Assembly (NCBI GenBank): GCA_001949185.1
Contig: BDGG01000005.1
Span: 806,001 to 870,000, forward strand
DNA length: 64,000 nucleotides
Reading direction: 5' to 3'
DNA from: Ramazzottius varieornatus
Lineage: Eukaryota > Animalia > Tardigrada
The notes beneath the pieces are model-generated. The model was not told the origin of the DNA, did not search any database, and was given only the letters and a program-made list of their open reading frames with translations. Positions 26,146-39,254 of this stretch are shown here, in pieces (the first letter of the stretch is position 1; every line of letters begins with the position of its first letter). A program made the translations under genes and the position numbers.

Positions 26146-27631
26146 AAGAAATAATATATTTTGGAAATTTAATGAGCTAGGTGGCAAAGTATGGTGAAAT
26201 TATTAAGTTTTTCACTTAGTAGTGTCATTTGACAGTGTCAAGTCACTTGGACGACTAACCCATCAGTCCCGTCGCATGTGTGAGTTTGATGGATGGAAGA
26301 AGATAATATGTTAATAATTAAAAGAGTGAGATTCGCTCTCTACAAAGAGGACAGGTGAGTGGATTCAGTCGAAGATGATTCCCTGCTGTTGTTATGCTTC
26401 AGCTTCAAAGAAGGAGAGCAAAACTCCGGCGGTGAGAGGGTGAATCCCAATCGGCCGGAAGTCGCTTTGACAACACGTCCGAATAATTACGGGGATACAT
26501 CCGCTCTCAGCGGTACTCGAAATGCCTTTCAGCAGTTCAAAGCAAGTCGCTTTACGTCTCCTTGAATAAGTCACAGGAGGATTCGCGGGAAACCGAACGA
26601 GTCGAACACCGTGCCAGTTCTCGGTCTTCGTCCGATACCCGTGCCAACCGGTGTAAAAGTAACTCCTACCAGTGGAAACTGGGGGTGTCGACTGAAGACT
26701 ACGGAAATGGGGGTGGTCGACTTACGTACAGCGTACCAAGGAAGACGCAGCATGGTGTAAGGCAAACTTTGCACGGCTATTATGTGTCGTTGTGTCGATA
26801 AATCTGCTCGGCTGGGTCGTGTGGAAGGCCTCAGGGACTCCCTCAAATCCAATTATCACAAAGTAACTCACCGCACCATCCATCCCCTATTCACATCCAG
26901 TCGCCATACTCTGAAAGGATGTGCGGTGTTATCACTGACACTCGTGCTACTCTTGTTTCCACAAATCTCTCCTGAAATAAAGACACCTTCAGTCTTCTCG
27001 CCTCATTCCTCGACTCCCATTTCAATAAGATGAATGAACTCGCAAAACACTGCCCTGCAACTCTTTTCATCACCTTTACAAAAGCTCAAATCCGCCCACC
27101 GCTGTCTATCCCATTTCCATTAGACTTTCATCCCTACAGCCAATGCCCCTCAGTACCTGGCATTTTGTCACAGCGTAGACTAGTTCCTACTTCGTAAATC
27201 CTCCCGGATAATCATTCCAATCATCTTTCCGGACCAACCTCAAAGCTTAACTCTCAAAAGCTCCTCATTCAAAAGATTCAAACTTTTTATCCAGGCTTTG
27301 GAAAATTTCAATATTTCACACATTTAAAAAGAATTAAAAAAATATGGAAGAAGGAAACACGTGACTTCAAAATTCGAAAGGAGAAAGGGGGGGGGGGGTT
27401 AAAAGACATCACCCGGAAAAGACTGTAGCTGCCAGTGAGGAAAAGAAGGGATCAGAAAATTACTACTTGGAAAGAACAAACGACCTTAGGAATTCAGGCA
27501 AACTTTCAAACGGAAAAAGAAAAGGATAAAAATTGAAAAAGGCAAATGTTTTCAATCTCACCGGAAGAGGATTACGCCGTACAAAGAGCTTGATTTGATT
27601 GTGAAAGACCAATACTGAATCTTGTGGATCC

Positions 27632-30600
27632 TCACGCAGGCGTGGAGGTCATCTCGCAGTCGAACAAGGCGCGAAAACTCAGCAGAATATATTCCACCAC
27701 TTGGTTCTGGCAAAGCTACAACCAGAAAGCAAGATAAACGAGGATTCGTACATGTGAATCTCACGATAGCTTACCATATCGGTGGCGAGGTTAACAGAAG
27801 GAACTTCTGGCCACATTAACGTAGGCCCAAACACTATGGCTAAATTAGGAAGGTGCATTCGATTTTGATCACCAAAATCGGCAACCCTAAAATGAGAGAA
27901 ACCGATCAGTTACAAGGTCGGCGAAGATGCTGACTGAAAAATTATTTACCGGTACAGATGCAGGAGGAGAAACCGTAGGGTTTCAGAATTTGATCGTGGC
28001 AGTTGTGCGATGAGATCTCTGAATCTCTTTTCTTTGGCTTCTTTTTCCTGAATTTCTGCAAAAGCACAAAGAATGAATATCAGCCAAGTTCGTGGCTTTT
28101 CTGCTGAAGTGGGGACTGAGAGGAAAAGTCGGAGTCCATTTGGACTTACTGTTTGCTTTCATGAGTGGGTCGTAGAGATGAAAAGGTATCATGGGTTCTT
28201 TCAGTTCGCGGAAGAATAGTTTCAAGAGGCCGGTCAGAACATTGACGTCCTCTTCACTTTCCATCCCCGAATACTTGTCTTGGTCAATTTGGAAGCGCAG
28301 CTTCTGCACTTGAGAGAGGTTCCCGCTGACACGGTAGATTCCATCGGTGCGCATGTCTAGTCATGCAACAAACAGCCACACTCCATTACACAACTGAACA
28401 TCGTTCGGGCTTTGAAAGTTGGTTTGCTGATGCCTACCTTTCTTTTCAATGGCCGCAATGCACCGGCGGACTATTGCCGGCACATCGTTCTTTTCATGCT
28501 CACACAGTTTGGCAAAATTACAACCGAAGACTGGACCATCTGCAAACATAACACGCTGACCACAAGGCACACCTCAAAAAGAAGAAATAAAACCAGAAAT
28601 TTTGAATGTGCTTCGCAATATCGAAGGACCGGCAACGAAATGTTCAAGATCGTCCTCTCAAGCCTCAAGTGGCGGACGCTTCCAGCTGATAATAACATGA
28701 ACGTGCGCCGCTTGGGCTAACAATCTTGTACGTTAGCCGACATCTATTGTAAATCCGATTTATTTTCAGATATTCAAAACAGTCAAGTCTTCTAAACATT
28801 TCTGACATCACTTAACTAGTACGAGAGATTTTGTGGCTCTATTGGACGTACCTCGAATGATTCCTTTGGCTTTGAGACTTTCAAGCGTCGGTCGACGGCT
28901 GAAGAAGTTCTTTAGTCGCTCGATGATTTTCATTTTCTTGACTTTGATATCTGCCGTCTCCATCTCGTCCACCGATTTCTTTTTCTTGTGCGTCCGCGTC
29001 GGAGAGGTGGAGGGTTCCAACACATCCGCCGGAGGCTCTTCTGGTCTAGCCTTGGCCGACCACGTTCTTGCCAAGATCCTCGAAAGCTTGGGCGATGACA
29101 TGGGACGCCCGAAGTCTGTTGGAGTGGTGGGCAGAACCTAAGTACACCACAATCAGAACGTTAACAATGAAATCTGCAGAAAACAGCTGGAGCCTAGGTT
29201 AACGAACGTTAGAAGCTCGTTTTCCCAAGCGGCGCACTTGTTCAGCCAATGACACTGGAAACGTGCGCCACTTGGGCGAAGAGCCTAGCCGAGTTTCTTT
29301 GCCGAGCTGGCTGTGGACTCCCGTATCCGGATTCCGTTCCAAAATAAAATTAACTCTGAATTTAAAACTGATATCCTTATCTGTTAAACTATTTTCACCT
29401 TGACCGGCGACAGGTCCTCCACGCTGAGCAGTGGTAGATGCGCGAGGGCTTGGACAATACAGTTAACCCACTCGTGGCTGACTGTCTTGTTGTCATCTTG
29501 AACAAGGATCTGCGAGCCATCAGCGGCGGAGACCTGTCAAGAGAAAAATACATGCATAATGTACGGAATTATCAATGGTAATCCAGCTTAAATATGAATG
29601 CAGAACAAAGTGCCGCACCTCAAACACATTTTTCCGGTGCGACTTCTCTTTCGACCATTTGATCGTCGCTCCTGCTAGATCCATGAAGACTTCAGGACTT
29701 TGGTCCAACGCAAACGGCGGCTACAACAAAAACACCTCAGTCAAATACCACTTGGAGACGACGAAGAACAATCTCATAAGACCCTTTTTTCCAAGTGGCG
29801 CGCGAGCGGCCAGCCAGAAACACTGGAAACGTGCGCCACTTGGGAATACAATCTTGTCAACCGGGCTCCCCTTTCTTCGACAGTAAGAAACGTACGGCAG
29901 CTTTCGGAATCACAAAACATATTCTCAAATTTGGGCTAGAGGTTTCTCTACTTACTCGGTACACAAAGAGGCTCGTATCCGTGAGGATCACAAAAGATGG
30001 CAGCCACTGCTTCTTCATTCGTCTCCCGTTCTCAGAGTACTTGGTGACGTTGAGGAACCCTTGGAGAATTCCAGCCTGTGAGCAAGGTACAGACGGGTTT
30101 AGAGAATGTAGTTGAGAAGTTGGAAAGTTTGATCAGATTTTCTCGTACGTTTTCGGAGGGTCTCCAGGTTTTGCCCAGCATGAAAGACGGTAGCGTCTTG
30201 GAGTTCCTCATTCCTCCAATCTTTGGTGACTGTGCCAGAAGGTCGAACTCGTTTAGGTGCGCTTCATTCAGCAGTAACACTGACTTGGTCCTGAAGGCCC
30301 GTTCCGGAAGGGAGACTTTATTGGCGATTAACTGTCTCAGTTCAAGAAAGTCTTTACTGGGTTGTGAGCGTCGTGGCATGGGCAAGCTGGCCGACTTGCG
30401 CTTCTCCTCCTCTTCGGCTGCTGCTGCGGTATTCTCTTTTTCCGCTTCGCCTTCCGCTCCAATTGTCTCCTCACCGCGCTGCTGATGCTTCTCCTCCATC
30501 AAACTGCTGGCCCGGTTGAAGCGTGACGCGAAACTCACATGGCGCGAGGGAGACGATGCCACAGTATTGCTTGAATGCGCCGAAGGCAACGCGGCGCTTG

Positions 30601-32652
30601 AAGGTGAAGGCGCAATCTGAAACCACAACATTCACATTCATCTCACCAGTGTTGCCCATCGTTTTTCGCTTTACTCTATTTCCATCATATCCACTCTGCC
30701 AAAAGGCCTTCAAGCAAAATTACGACCTTCCTCAAGCCAGAAAAACGATAAGATTATTTGAGATCTGCCCACCCAATATTTTCGACGAACGACTCGCGAC
30801 CACAGTTCGGTCTCCCGCAGGGAGGTTGAACCGTGCCGCGACCAACAATTTAGTTTTGATTCATGAAACAAGAAGTAAACGCCAGAGACCTAGGCTCAAA
30901 GAACTGAACAACATCCTTCTTCCAAGTGGCGCAAGGTTTCATACAATTAAACTGAAGATGTGCGCCACTTGGGAAAACAGTCTTGCCGAGTTGGTTTACC
31001 AAGCTTCCATTTCGACAAAGCTACAAAAACCATTAAAGGCCCGTTCTGAACTTGATGCAGAAACTCAAAATAGACTGAAAATTATCTAGTATTACGTGTA
31101 CTGTCTTAACCTGGTTGGGACGAAATTGCGCTCGTTTTGGTTCCATGAGAGCTACACAGTCCCTGGAAGATTACGTGAAAAACGCTGAACCATAACGCGA
31201 CGAAGCATTGCTTCGTACTTGAAGAAAAACAAACGTAAACTGAATAGCTAGGCCCACAATTCTTCACAGAGTCGTACAAAAGAGTCTATAGCGTAGAGAG
31301 CGTCGAGTATGTGAAATTTTGGTCGGTTAAAGCATATCATTAGTCTGAACTTGTTTACTCACATCACTGTACAATAATGCAACTGTCATTTTGGTGTCGG
31401 TTTCGTGTGGCGTTGCTGTTGTTTGATGATTGGTCTCATTTGTCTCCTGATAAGCCTTGCAGCTTTGCATTTGATCTTCGTGTAATCGCGAGGATGATGC
31501 CGTAAAGGCGACCTTGGACGGCGGATCGCGCAATGCCTCCACCTGCAACATTACCCCATAAGCGCCATATCAATCTGCTACTCTGTCAACATGTCCACTT
31601 CCTTCCCCCATCGCCATTGGAAAGAAAGAACTAACGAACGGCTGACGGTAAAACACAGCCAAGTAGTAAAAAAGACAAACAGAAAATGAAATGGAAGCCG
31701 GCAGACACACTTGACAAGATTGTTTTGTTCCATGAATTCTCCGTCAGAGCTGGAAAAGTGCGCCACTTTGGAAAACAATCGTGTTGAGTTTTCCAAGTGG
31801 CGCAGAGATTCGCCGTTACTAGCTGAGAGCGTGCGCCACTTAGAAAAAATGACCTTAGGAACCTTAGGTCTGAATCACCAACTTAAATACCAAGAGACGA
31901 GAACGAACCTCGGCATCGACGTCCACATTAGCTTCCGCCAGTTCGGGGTTGATTTGCCTCCGCGGAGGCTTCCAGGAAGAAATATTGGTTTTAGGATGGA
32001 AGAAGTACCTTCTACCGAGGGTGTCTTCGAACTCTTCCCACGAGTCTTCCAGTGTCCGAATGGGCTGATTATGAAGAGTGGGAAGAGGAGGAACTGCATT
32101 GAGGGTAATCTTCATATTGGCGTACTGCGGACTTGGCCTAGCCGATTCCTCCTGCAGAAACAAGCAACAGTCGACTTGGTAAACTTCAACGAAATGAAAC
32201 AGAAACTAACATACCTCGGTTGAAATTTCGGAGGACTCATGAGAGATATGTCGGAGGAAAGTGACGTTAGGAAGGGCATAGACAGGATTATCATAATGGT
32301 CTCCTCGCTCCAAATCTTCGCCGGAGGAAGAGCTGAGGGAGGCCGCTGCATCGCCGGAGGGTGGTTCGACGTTATAGGCACTCGAAGCGCGTAATCGGTC
32401 CAAGGACGATTCAGAGCGTGATATCCCGCGTCGGGGTGAGTTTAGGCTCAGACTGTGAATGTCGCCAATCTCTTGCACACAACTAGTTGGCACATAGAAC
32501 GCCGTCTCTACCGAATCACGCCGGACATGCCACCAACTAGAACTAGTTTTTTTCAACAGCTGAAATGTATCACCGACATGGATATGCCGTTCAGGCTGGC
32601 CTTCGATAGAGCAGGCGTAATCCAAAACGACGCGAACGAACGACGACGTCAT
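27632..32652 (-). CDS. Rho GTPase-activating protein, SH3-WW-PH-RhoGAP (ARHGAP9/12/15/27 family), multi-exon
   Basis: SH3 (VVLDY...SWWHVRR...FYVPTSCV), WW (WEEFEDTLGRRYFFHPKTNISSWKPP), PH (GFLNVTK...KKQWLPSFVIL; DLAGATIKW...KNVFE), RRPTLESLKAKGII, RhoGAP (DGIYRVSG arginine finger, LKLFFREL, NRMHLPNLAIVFGPTL). Confidence 0.9.
28630..28740. repeat. Palindromic N25 element copy (core 28666-28714), in RhoGAP intron
   Basis: CAAGTGGCGGAC-25 bp-GTGCGCCGCTTG. Confidence 0.85.
29212..29308. repeat. Palindromic N25 element copy (core 29226-29274), in RhoGAP intron
   Basis: CAAGCGGCGCAC-25 bp-GTGCGCCACTTG, ending TTGCCGAGCT. Confidence 0.87.
29778..29860. repeat. Palindromic element copy with 27-bp spacer (core 29792-29842), in RhoGAP intron
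   Basis: CAAGTGGCGCGC-27 bp-GTGCGCCACTTG; the only length exception. Confidence 0.85.
30900..31005. repeat. Palindromic N25 element copy (core 30923-30971), in RhoGAP intron
   Basis: CAAGTGGCGCAA-25 bp-GTGCGCCACTTG. Confidence 0.87.
31710..31850. repeat. Tandem half copy (right arm 31758-31769) plus full N25 copy (core 31794-31842), in RhoGAP intron
   Basis: GTGCGCCACTTTGGAAAACAATC followed by CAAGTGGCGCAG-25 bp-GTGCGCCACTTA. Confidence 0.83.
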
Positions 32653-35494
32653 TCTCCTGCTTTCCTCCAACCCGTAACTTTATCCTCGGTCCACTCGACA
32701 CCTCAAACCCGTCCTCCTATAACAACACAAAAGCACCACCGATTATTGTCATATTGATATATACTCCCCAATGAGGATCTGTCTAAGCAAATCTCCCCAT
32801 CACGACTTGTCAACATTGATTTGAACCTTCCACAATCAAACGGCAAAGGTAAATACAGACCCAGTTTTAATTCCCTTTCACCCAAAAAATTACTGCCTGA
32901 ATCGCTCAGTCTCGCTTTTTCCACCAGCTAGGGTATAAGAAAGAACCATTCATCAAAATCGGAGCAGACGAATATGACAGGTGGTTTCTCACCAGTCAAA
33001 CTTGCTTGATCAATCAACGGTAGGCAATAGCATAGCGACAATCAGCTTGTTGATTGGTCATACAGTGCAATGTCAATAGCAGCTCCTTCCAGTCCAAACT
33101 CCCGACATCCTGGCAATCGCTGGTAAACTTTTCACAACCGAAGTGAGCAAGATGGAGAGCTGCCTGCGAGACAGGCGGGTAGTTAGCGTTCAGTAGCTGG
33201 TTGTAGCCACACGAGGTTGCAGTGACCTGGAACGAAATACCGTTTACAGCTCATTATCCTCTACTGGTAATTTGTCAAAGACAAAAAGAATTGCCTAACA
33301 CAAGTTACATCGTACCTGGAGGTCCTCCTCAAAGCTAACAAGTAGTCTCAGCGTCAAGAGTTGGAAAAACCAGTTGACATCTTTGTGCAGCTCGCTGAAG
33401 CACTCTTGTCTTTGACGGAGATTATGAGCCAAGCAGCAACCACCTGTACCCGAACGATTACAGCCAACAGATCGACGCGTCCCACTGCAATCAAAGGATA
33501 TATTTAGACTCTGATTCAGATGATTTATGGTTCTGAGCGGTGCGATAGATCCTCATGGAAGGAGTAGCAGATTCGGCAGCCAAAAGATCAGAAATATTCC
33601 GCAGATAAATGTGAGTGGATTATCCATTCAGCAACATCGTAAAAGTATGAATGAAATGTGCGATAACAATCAAAGGCTACTCGTCTTCATGATGACATCA
33701 CACCATGGGCCAAATGAGGCCATGACTCCTGCTGTGGTTCCATCTGTTCGCGCCGTTCCCCAGAGCGAGCGCCATTGCGCTGGGCTTTGTATGACGTGCT
33801 GAACGCAACTTTTGATATCAAACCGCCACTCTTCGAAGATAGCGATCAAGACTAACTTCAAAAGGTCGACACACAGAAATTACAATCCGAGATCGGGCGC
33901 CAGAAAGGAAGTGGAAAACTCGCACAACCATAGCAGGGAGAGCTTACTACCGAACAAGGAATGAGGGAGCGTTCTCTCCGCCTTCGTCCAGGTGCTCACT
34001 CGTCTACTTCCATGTCCGACTGACTCCGTCGTTCCCGGTTTGATGCTCGAGCTGGTCCATGTGTGTGGTTGGGTTTTTGCTGTCCGTTGCGAGTCTTCTT
34101 CGCCGACTTGGGCTCGCCTTCCGAACCTGGGAGTACCGACGGGAGGTTGATCCACCTGGCTCGGCGGGTCGAGGTTCTGGTGGCCTATCGGGGGCCACCC
34201 TCCTCACAGTTCCAGGGGCAGTTTCCCCGTTGCCCGTCACTATCACGTCCACTCCACTGCACCGTCCAGCGCCATGGCCGCCCCCACGACCACCGCCGCG
34301 TTTGTCAGAGCGGCCATAAGCACCGCCACGCCCACTGTAGCCCCGACCTCGGTTTCTGTTTGAGTTACGGTGTTGGGGCGGTTGATTGCCGAGGCGATGG
34401 TGATCGAAGGGCTTGCGCGGCGGGCCGATCGACCACCAGCTGATCTTCACATCCAGTCGACCCGAAGCGACGGGAATGTTGGTAACCGCTGATGTATGGT
34501 AGGAGCTGGCTTGAGGGACGCGAAGGCTGGACGGCTGGATGGCCGGAGCGCCAGGGCTGATGGATGGAACAGCTGGTTGGGTCGCTGTCATCCCCTGTAG
34601 GATCAGCCAATCATCGACTGTGAATCTCGGTTGAGCGAGAGTTCCCAGCAGAGGCGTACCCGCTGAGAGACCGAGTAAAAGCCAAACGGTGGTCCTTGCG
34701 GAAAACCCATAGGAAATCCCGTGGTCAGTCCTGACATCTGGTAAGAAGCGTAGGCTCCAATCATTCCTTCAAACATGCTGAAGGGGATATTCATAATCTG
34801 AAAATAGCATTTGGTTACTTCCCATGTGCGGTCATCTGTCCATTTGTTGCGGAGCCGTGAGCGCACAGCGCGGAAGCGCTCTCAGAGGCAATCAGGCGTG
34901 TCATACGCTACCGATCGCCAGTGAAGGAGTTTGATGGACAGTTTTTGGGCATGTTTTGGCGAGAACACAATGACCCAAGACCACAGGTTCCCAGGATTGA
35001 ATTTAATTCGTGCAGAAGAGGTAAGCTGGATATACATCTCCATTTGGCCACGTTTTAATGATTTCAAAACCTTGATTATGGCCATCGTATGCCGATCAAG
35101 GGAGTACGCTCCGCCCATTCGCGTTTGGTACTAATTTTATTCAGGTTTCCAAGTGTTTGAAGTCTTGGAATAGTCACGTTTTTGCTGCATCCGCCGCTTC
35201 CGATCTTACTAACACTTGATGTGGAAACCGGCTTCTCGAGTTCTTGAGCCCGGACCAGTGGAATTCCGACAGAAAATATATTTGCAGAAATATCGATATA
35301 TCGCTGCGATATGACACGATATATCGAAAATACGGCAGTAAAAAATATCGTATCGAAATATCGATACTGAATGAATATCGAAGACCGCGATAAAATATCC
35401 GGCGATACTTCATCGAACAAATCCGCGTCCGTTTGTTATTGACAAGCACTTTCAGAAGTTCGATGGCATGTGTATGCAGAAAATCGCGTTTATA

Positions 35495-36784
35495 CAGCCA
35501 CTGGCAGCCAAGTGTTCACTGTTCAAAACGCGACTCAAAACAAAAATCCCTGTACCTATTGCGCAATCATCTCAACCGATCAATCAAAAAACGATCCTTC
35601 CATTATCGTTTGAACAACTTTTCCAAGAACAATCTTTCAACATGCCTGGAAAAACTTCTTTTGAAACATCTTCCTTGGTGATCGCTTTACGCGATCAAGG
35701 TTTCACCTATCCTAAAATTTCTGAGAGTCTTGCCAGCCAAGGGGTTTCACTGAGTCGTCGCACAGTGCTCAAGATTTGCCAAGAGAAAGAAAAAGAGAGA
35801 AATGGATGGACCAAACCGGCGAAACGTCTTCCTCCGCAAAACCTTCCCTCTGCATGCACCCAGGACAATATCAACAAAGTCAAGAAAGCTGTCGTCAAGA
35901 AGAATCCTGACTCGCTACAGAAGATTGCTAAGAAGCTCCAAGTATCCATCCACAGTGTAGGCCGGATGATCCACCAGAATCTTGGATTGGAAGTGCGCAA
36001 GAAGAGGAAACTGCATCACCTCACGGAAGCCCAGAAGAAACAGAGGTATGAGCGGGGGAAGCTTTTTATCTCGTATCTAGGTCCATTCAAAGTCCGTCAT
36101 ATCTTCACTATGGACGAGACTTGGATCAGGCTTGATGACTGCAATGTGGATACAGACCACTTTTGGACTGATGGATCGGCAGAAATTCCTGAAGAGTGGA
36201 AGAAAAAGACGATCAAGCAGTGGCCCAAGAAAGTCATGATCGCCATTGGAATCTGCTGGTTCGGAATGTCGCGCGCCTACGTCGTAAACGGCTCTGCCAA
36301 GGTGACAGCCCAGTACTTCATTGATGAAATCCTTTCGAAGATGATCCATGAAGACATTCCCAGGCTCTACGGGAATTCGACGAAAGATGTCATCTTCCAC
36401 ATGGACAGTGCTCCATCTCACACGGCCAAGCTGACCATCCAGCACCTCAAAGATCATCGTGTCAAGTATATTCCGAAGGATATTTGGATGGCGAACAGCC
36501 CTGACTTAGCCCCTTTGGACTCCGGGGTCAACGGGAATCTCAAGAGAATTTTGTCTGAGCGGAAGGCGACCACCATAAAAGGCCTCATTAGCGTTATCAA
36601 AAAAGTCTGTGAAAGTTATGATATCGCTGAAATTCGGAGTACGCTTTCCTCTTGGCAAGGTCGTGTCCAAACGATGCTGGACAGATACGGTGGTCATGTA
36701 GAAGTTAAATGAAGAGGTTATCTGTTGTCTGAAGGAAGTAAGAACTTTTTTCATGAGAAGTGAACACTTGGCTGCCAGTGGCTG
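35495..36784 (+). mobile_element. Intact Tc1/mariner-superfamily transposon, DD37D (maT) family, 1290 bp
   Basis: Perfect 26-bp TIRs CAGCCACTGGCAGCCAAGTGTTCACT (35495-35520, 36759-36784), TA on both flanks, uninterrupted transposase. Confidence 0.95.
35642..36712 (+). CDS. DD37D (maT) transposase, 356 aa
   Basis: HTH N-terminus; FTMDETW, FHMDSAPSH, NSPDLAPLD with 37 residues between the 2nd and 3rd Asp. Confidence 0.93.
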   Translation: MPGKTSFETSSLVIALRDQGFTYPKISESLASQGVSLSRRTVLKICQEKEKERNGWTKPAKRLPPQNLPSACTQDNINKVKKAVVKKNPDSLQKIAKKLQVSIHSVGRMIHQNLGLEVRKKRKLHHLTEAQKKQRYERGKLFISYLGPFKVRHIFTMDETWIRLDDCNVDTDHFWTDGSAEIPEEWKKKTIKQWPKKVMIAIGICWFGMSRAYVVNGSAKVTAQYFIDEILSKMIHEDIPRLYGNSTKDVIFHMDSAPSHTAKLTIQHLKDHRVKYIPKDIWMANSPDLAPLDSGVNGNLKRILSERKATTIKGLISVIKKVCESYDIAEIRSTLSSWQGRVQTMLDRYGGHVEVK

Positions 36785-36925
36785 TAAAGCTGGAAACGTA
36801 CACGTCATCTTTTGTATTATTAACATTATTAACAATCGTTGTTCTGAATTAATGTTTAATATTTTACAGGCGAAAGAAACGCGTTTCCATAAGACTGCAG
36901 GCGAAACACGTATCTTATTAGCAAC

Positions 36926-37171
36926 TTGTACACGGAGCGCTTCAGCGACGTCTACTCGCCCATGGAAATCTTTGCCGTTACCCCTGTCACTTCCGCAACA
37001 GGCGAACGTTCCTTCTCAACGCTGAGGATTGAGAAGAATTACCTTCGTTCACGTATGGGCAACGATCACCTCAACGGACTCACCCTAACCAATGTCCATA
37101 AAGAGTACCGAATGGACCACAAACAAGTCGCTCAAAGTATCTCGAGCGACCACTCGGGGACTTGCCGCTGA
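36926..37171 (+). pseudogene. hAT transposase C-terminal dimerization domain fragment
   Basis: TPVTSATGERSFSTLRIEKNYLRSRMGNDHLNGLTL matches the hAT dimerization motif (ERSFS..YLRS.M). Confidence 0.85.
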
Positions 37172-38244
37172 CTGCGGAGCCAACGCTCGAAATTAACCTC
37201 GCGGACATGGAGGATGCGGATGAGATCGATCAACAAGGCCTGGATCCAGAACTTCATGGGTGGGATGCGGACGAGTAATATCAATATGTGCAATGCTTTC
37301 ACTGATAAGCACGCTTTCATTATGGAAACAGCTCTTAACAAATCTCTACAGAATTTTATCGTTTTGGATTTCAATATTACGTCTGATGATAACATAAGAT
37401 TATTCCCCGTCCCTCTAACATCCAGACCCATTCAATTTGGTCGAAAAACTGATGACGTATATCCAGCTTACCTCTTCTGCACAAATTAAATTCAATCCTG
37501 GGAACCTATGCCCAAAACTTTATGGGAACTTTGCGAATAGCAGACAAGCAGGCACGTGTGCAGCGGTTAGACAGCGCACCAGACAGGGGACTAAGTCGAC
37601 ACAGCTCGAGAACCCGAGTTCGCAGAGGTCGCCTGTAAGGTCTCGACGGGGACCGTCAAAGAGAGGACATCTAGTCATAAGATGCGGTATGTCCTTGATT
37701 CTGACTAAGCAGAGACGGCACTTCCGGTCTTCCCGGTGAACGCGAGTGGTGGACCGAACTGATTTCTTGATAATTGTGACGTAGTGCGCGAGAGAACACG
37801 AAGCTTACAGTATTTTAACTGCGATGGAATCGAATGACTAGGCTGATTGTGATTTCATGATTGATGAAAACGCACAGAAAATAGATCGCACGAAAATGGA
37901 AAAGAAAATTCCGAATATCATTTTCCATGTTTGTCGAAAAACCGGCGCGCGGCGGCGCGGACCGTGATTCAGGACTTAGGAACAGGCCAGGGAAGACCCG
38001 ACGGTGAAGCTTTGCGGTCGGTACGAGCAAACAGCTGATACTGCGTAAAAAAGAATTCTGTGCAAGGCGAGGCCCCCAGGCGAGACCGTTTTGGGGGTCC
38101 CAGAATTTTGATGGGAGCGGAAACGCATAGATTCGAAGTTCTGCATCCATCCAATCCTTCCAATATCTGAAGAATAAGATCCCCAAAGCGCCGAAGCTAT
38201 CTCGCTCTAATATTGTACAGAAAGGGTGCAAACCAGTTTGAGAG

Positions 38245-39254
38245 TTAATCTTTTTCGTCCTTGTTGTCCTCGTCGTCGGTGTGATACTCGTCGTCTTTGC
38301 TTCCTTCATGGAGCATCACGTATTCCCTCGTGCTAAACCCGAATTTGATCACATCTTTCTCCAGCAGTTCCACGAAGCGTTGAGGCTCGATCCGTTTCTT
38401 GTTGACAAACGTCCCATTGCCAGAATTGAGGTCGACGATATAGGGCTTGACTTTCCGCACGACAGTGCCGTCGTCCTTTTCTACAGGTATCATTCGATAC
38501 TGGATTACAGCGTGCTGCTTCGAGCAGGACGGATGGTCCAAAGCAATGTCCACCACTTTACGATCCCTGCCTAGTAAGTAAGCGCTCTGTCTGTGAATGA
38601 ACATGGTCGGGAGGGATTCGTCGCCTTTGAAGGGATACAGTCGCCAGCGCACTTTCGGTTTCCGAGCTTCCGGTGGCTGTGCGTATGTGATAACGACACC
38701 ATTCACCATGTTTGTATCTTCCAAAAGCTTGCCCGACAGGCCAAAGTTGGGTTTTTCCTTGTCCTTACCATCGAGGAGATTTTTAACTGACGCTTCTTGG
38801 GCGTCTTCCCGTCCCCATTTGCCTTTGGCGTCCTCTCTGAAGTCGTGTATTGGGTTCATTGCTTCTCTTTCAGCGTCGCGACGTGGCTGGTTTCTTCTTA
38901 CATGATCTCTATCTTCTTGATTCCGCCGCCTGTCTCGATGGTCTCTTTGAGGAGAACAGCGGTTTTCCCGACGTGGTCTCGGAACATCGCGTCTGTCTCC
39001 GCTTCGTACGCGACTTCTCCGACGAGAAGTTCTGTCACGAGAACGGCTCCGTTCCCGATAATCATTTTTGCGGCCGCTGGTGCGAGATGGAGTTGGACTT
39101 TCTTCTTTTATCCGCACATGAGCATCTCGCTTCTGGGAGAAACAAGGTAGGATAACGCATGACTTTAACTTGGAGCGAATTTAGATTTTAGAAGGGAAGT
39201 GTATCGCCGCAACTAACGCTAACTCACCTGATCGCTTCGTGATCTACTCGACAT
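38245..39254 (-). CDS. SNIP1: Smad nuclear-interacting protein 1 / Pml1 (FHA domain, RES complex)
   Basis: RS-rich N-terminus; KPNFGLSGKL, YAQPPEARKP..RWRLYPFKG, YLLGRDRKV.DI..DHPSCSKQHAVIQYR, DLNSGNGTF. 27-bp first exon 39254-39228 splices in frame to 39132. Confidence 0.93.

Larger units (their letters stand above)
34984..37508. mobile_element. Degenerate hAT-related element bounded by ~52-bp inverted repeats, interrupted by a maT insertion
   Basis: 34984-35035 (CAGGTTCCCAGGATTGAATTTAATTCGTGCAGAAGAGGTAAGCTGGATATAC) is inverted at 37457-37508. Encloses an ATATCG-rich repeat cluster (35280-35410) and a hAT dimerization fragment. No clear TSD. Confidence 0.6.

Noticed and set aside
35468-35641. 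N-terminal extension of the 414-aa transposase ORF
   Set aside because: It starts outside the element and reads through the TIR; the real start is ATG 35642
37940-38130. GC-rich hairpins suggesting a tRNA or other ncRNA
   Set aside because: No cloverleaf or convincing A/B boxes
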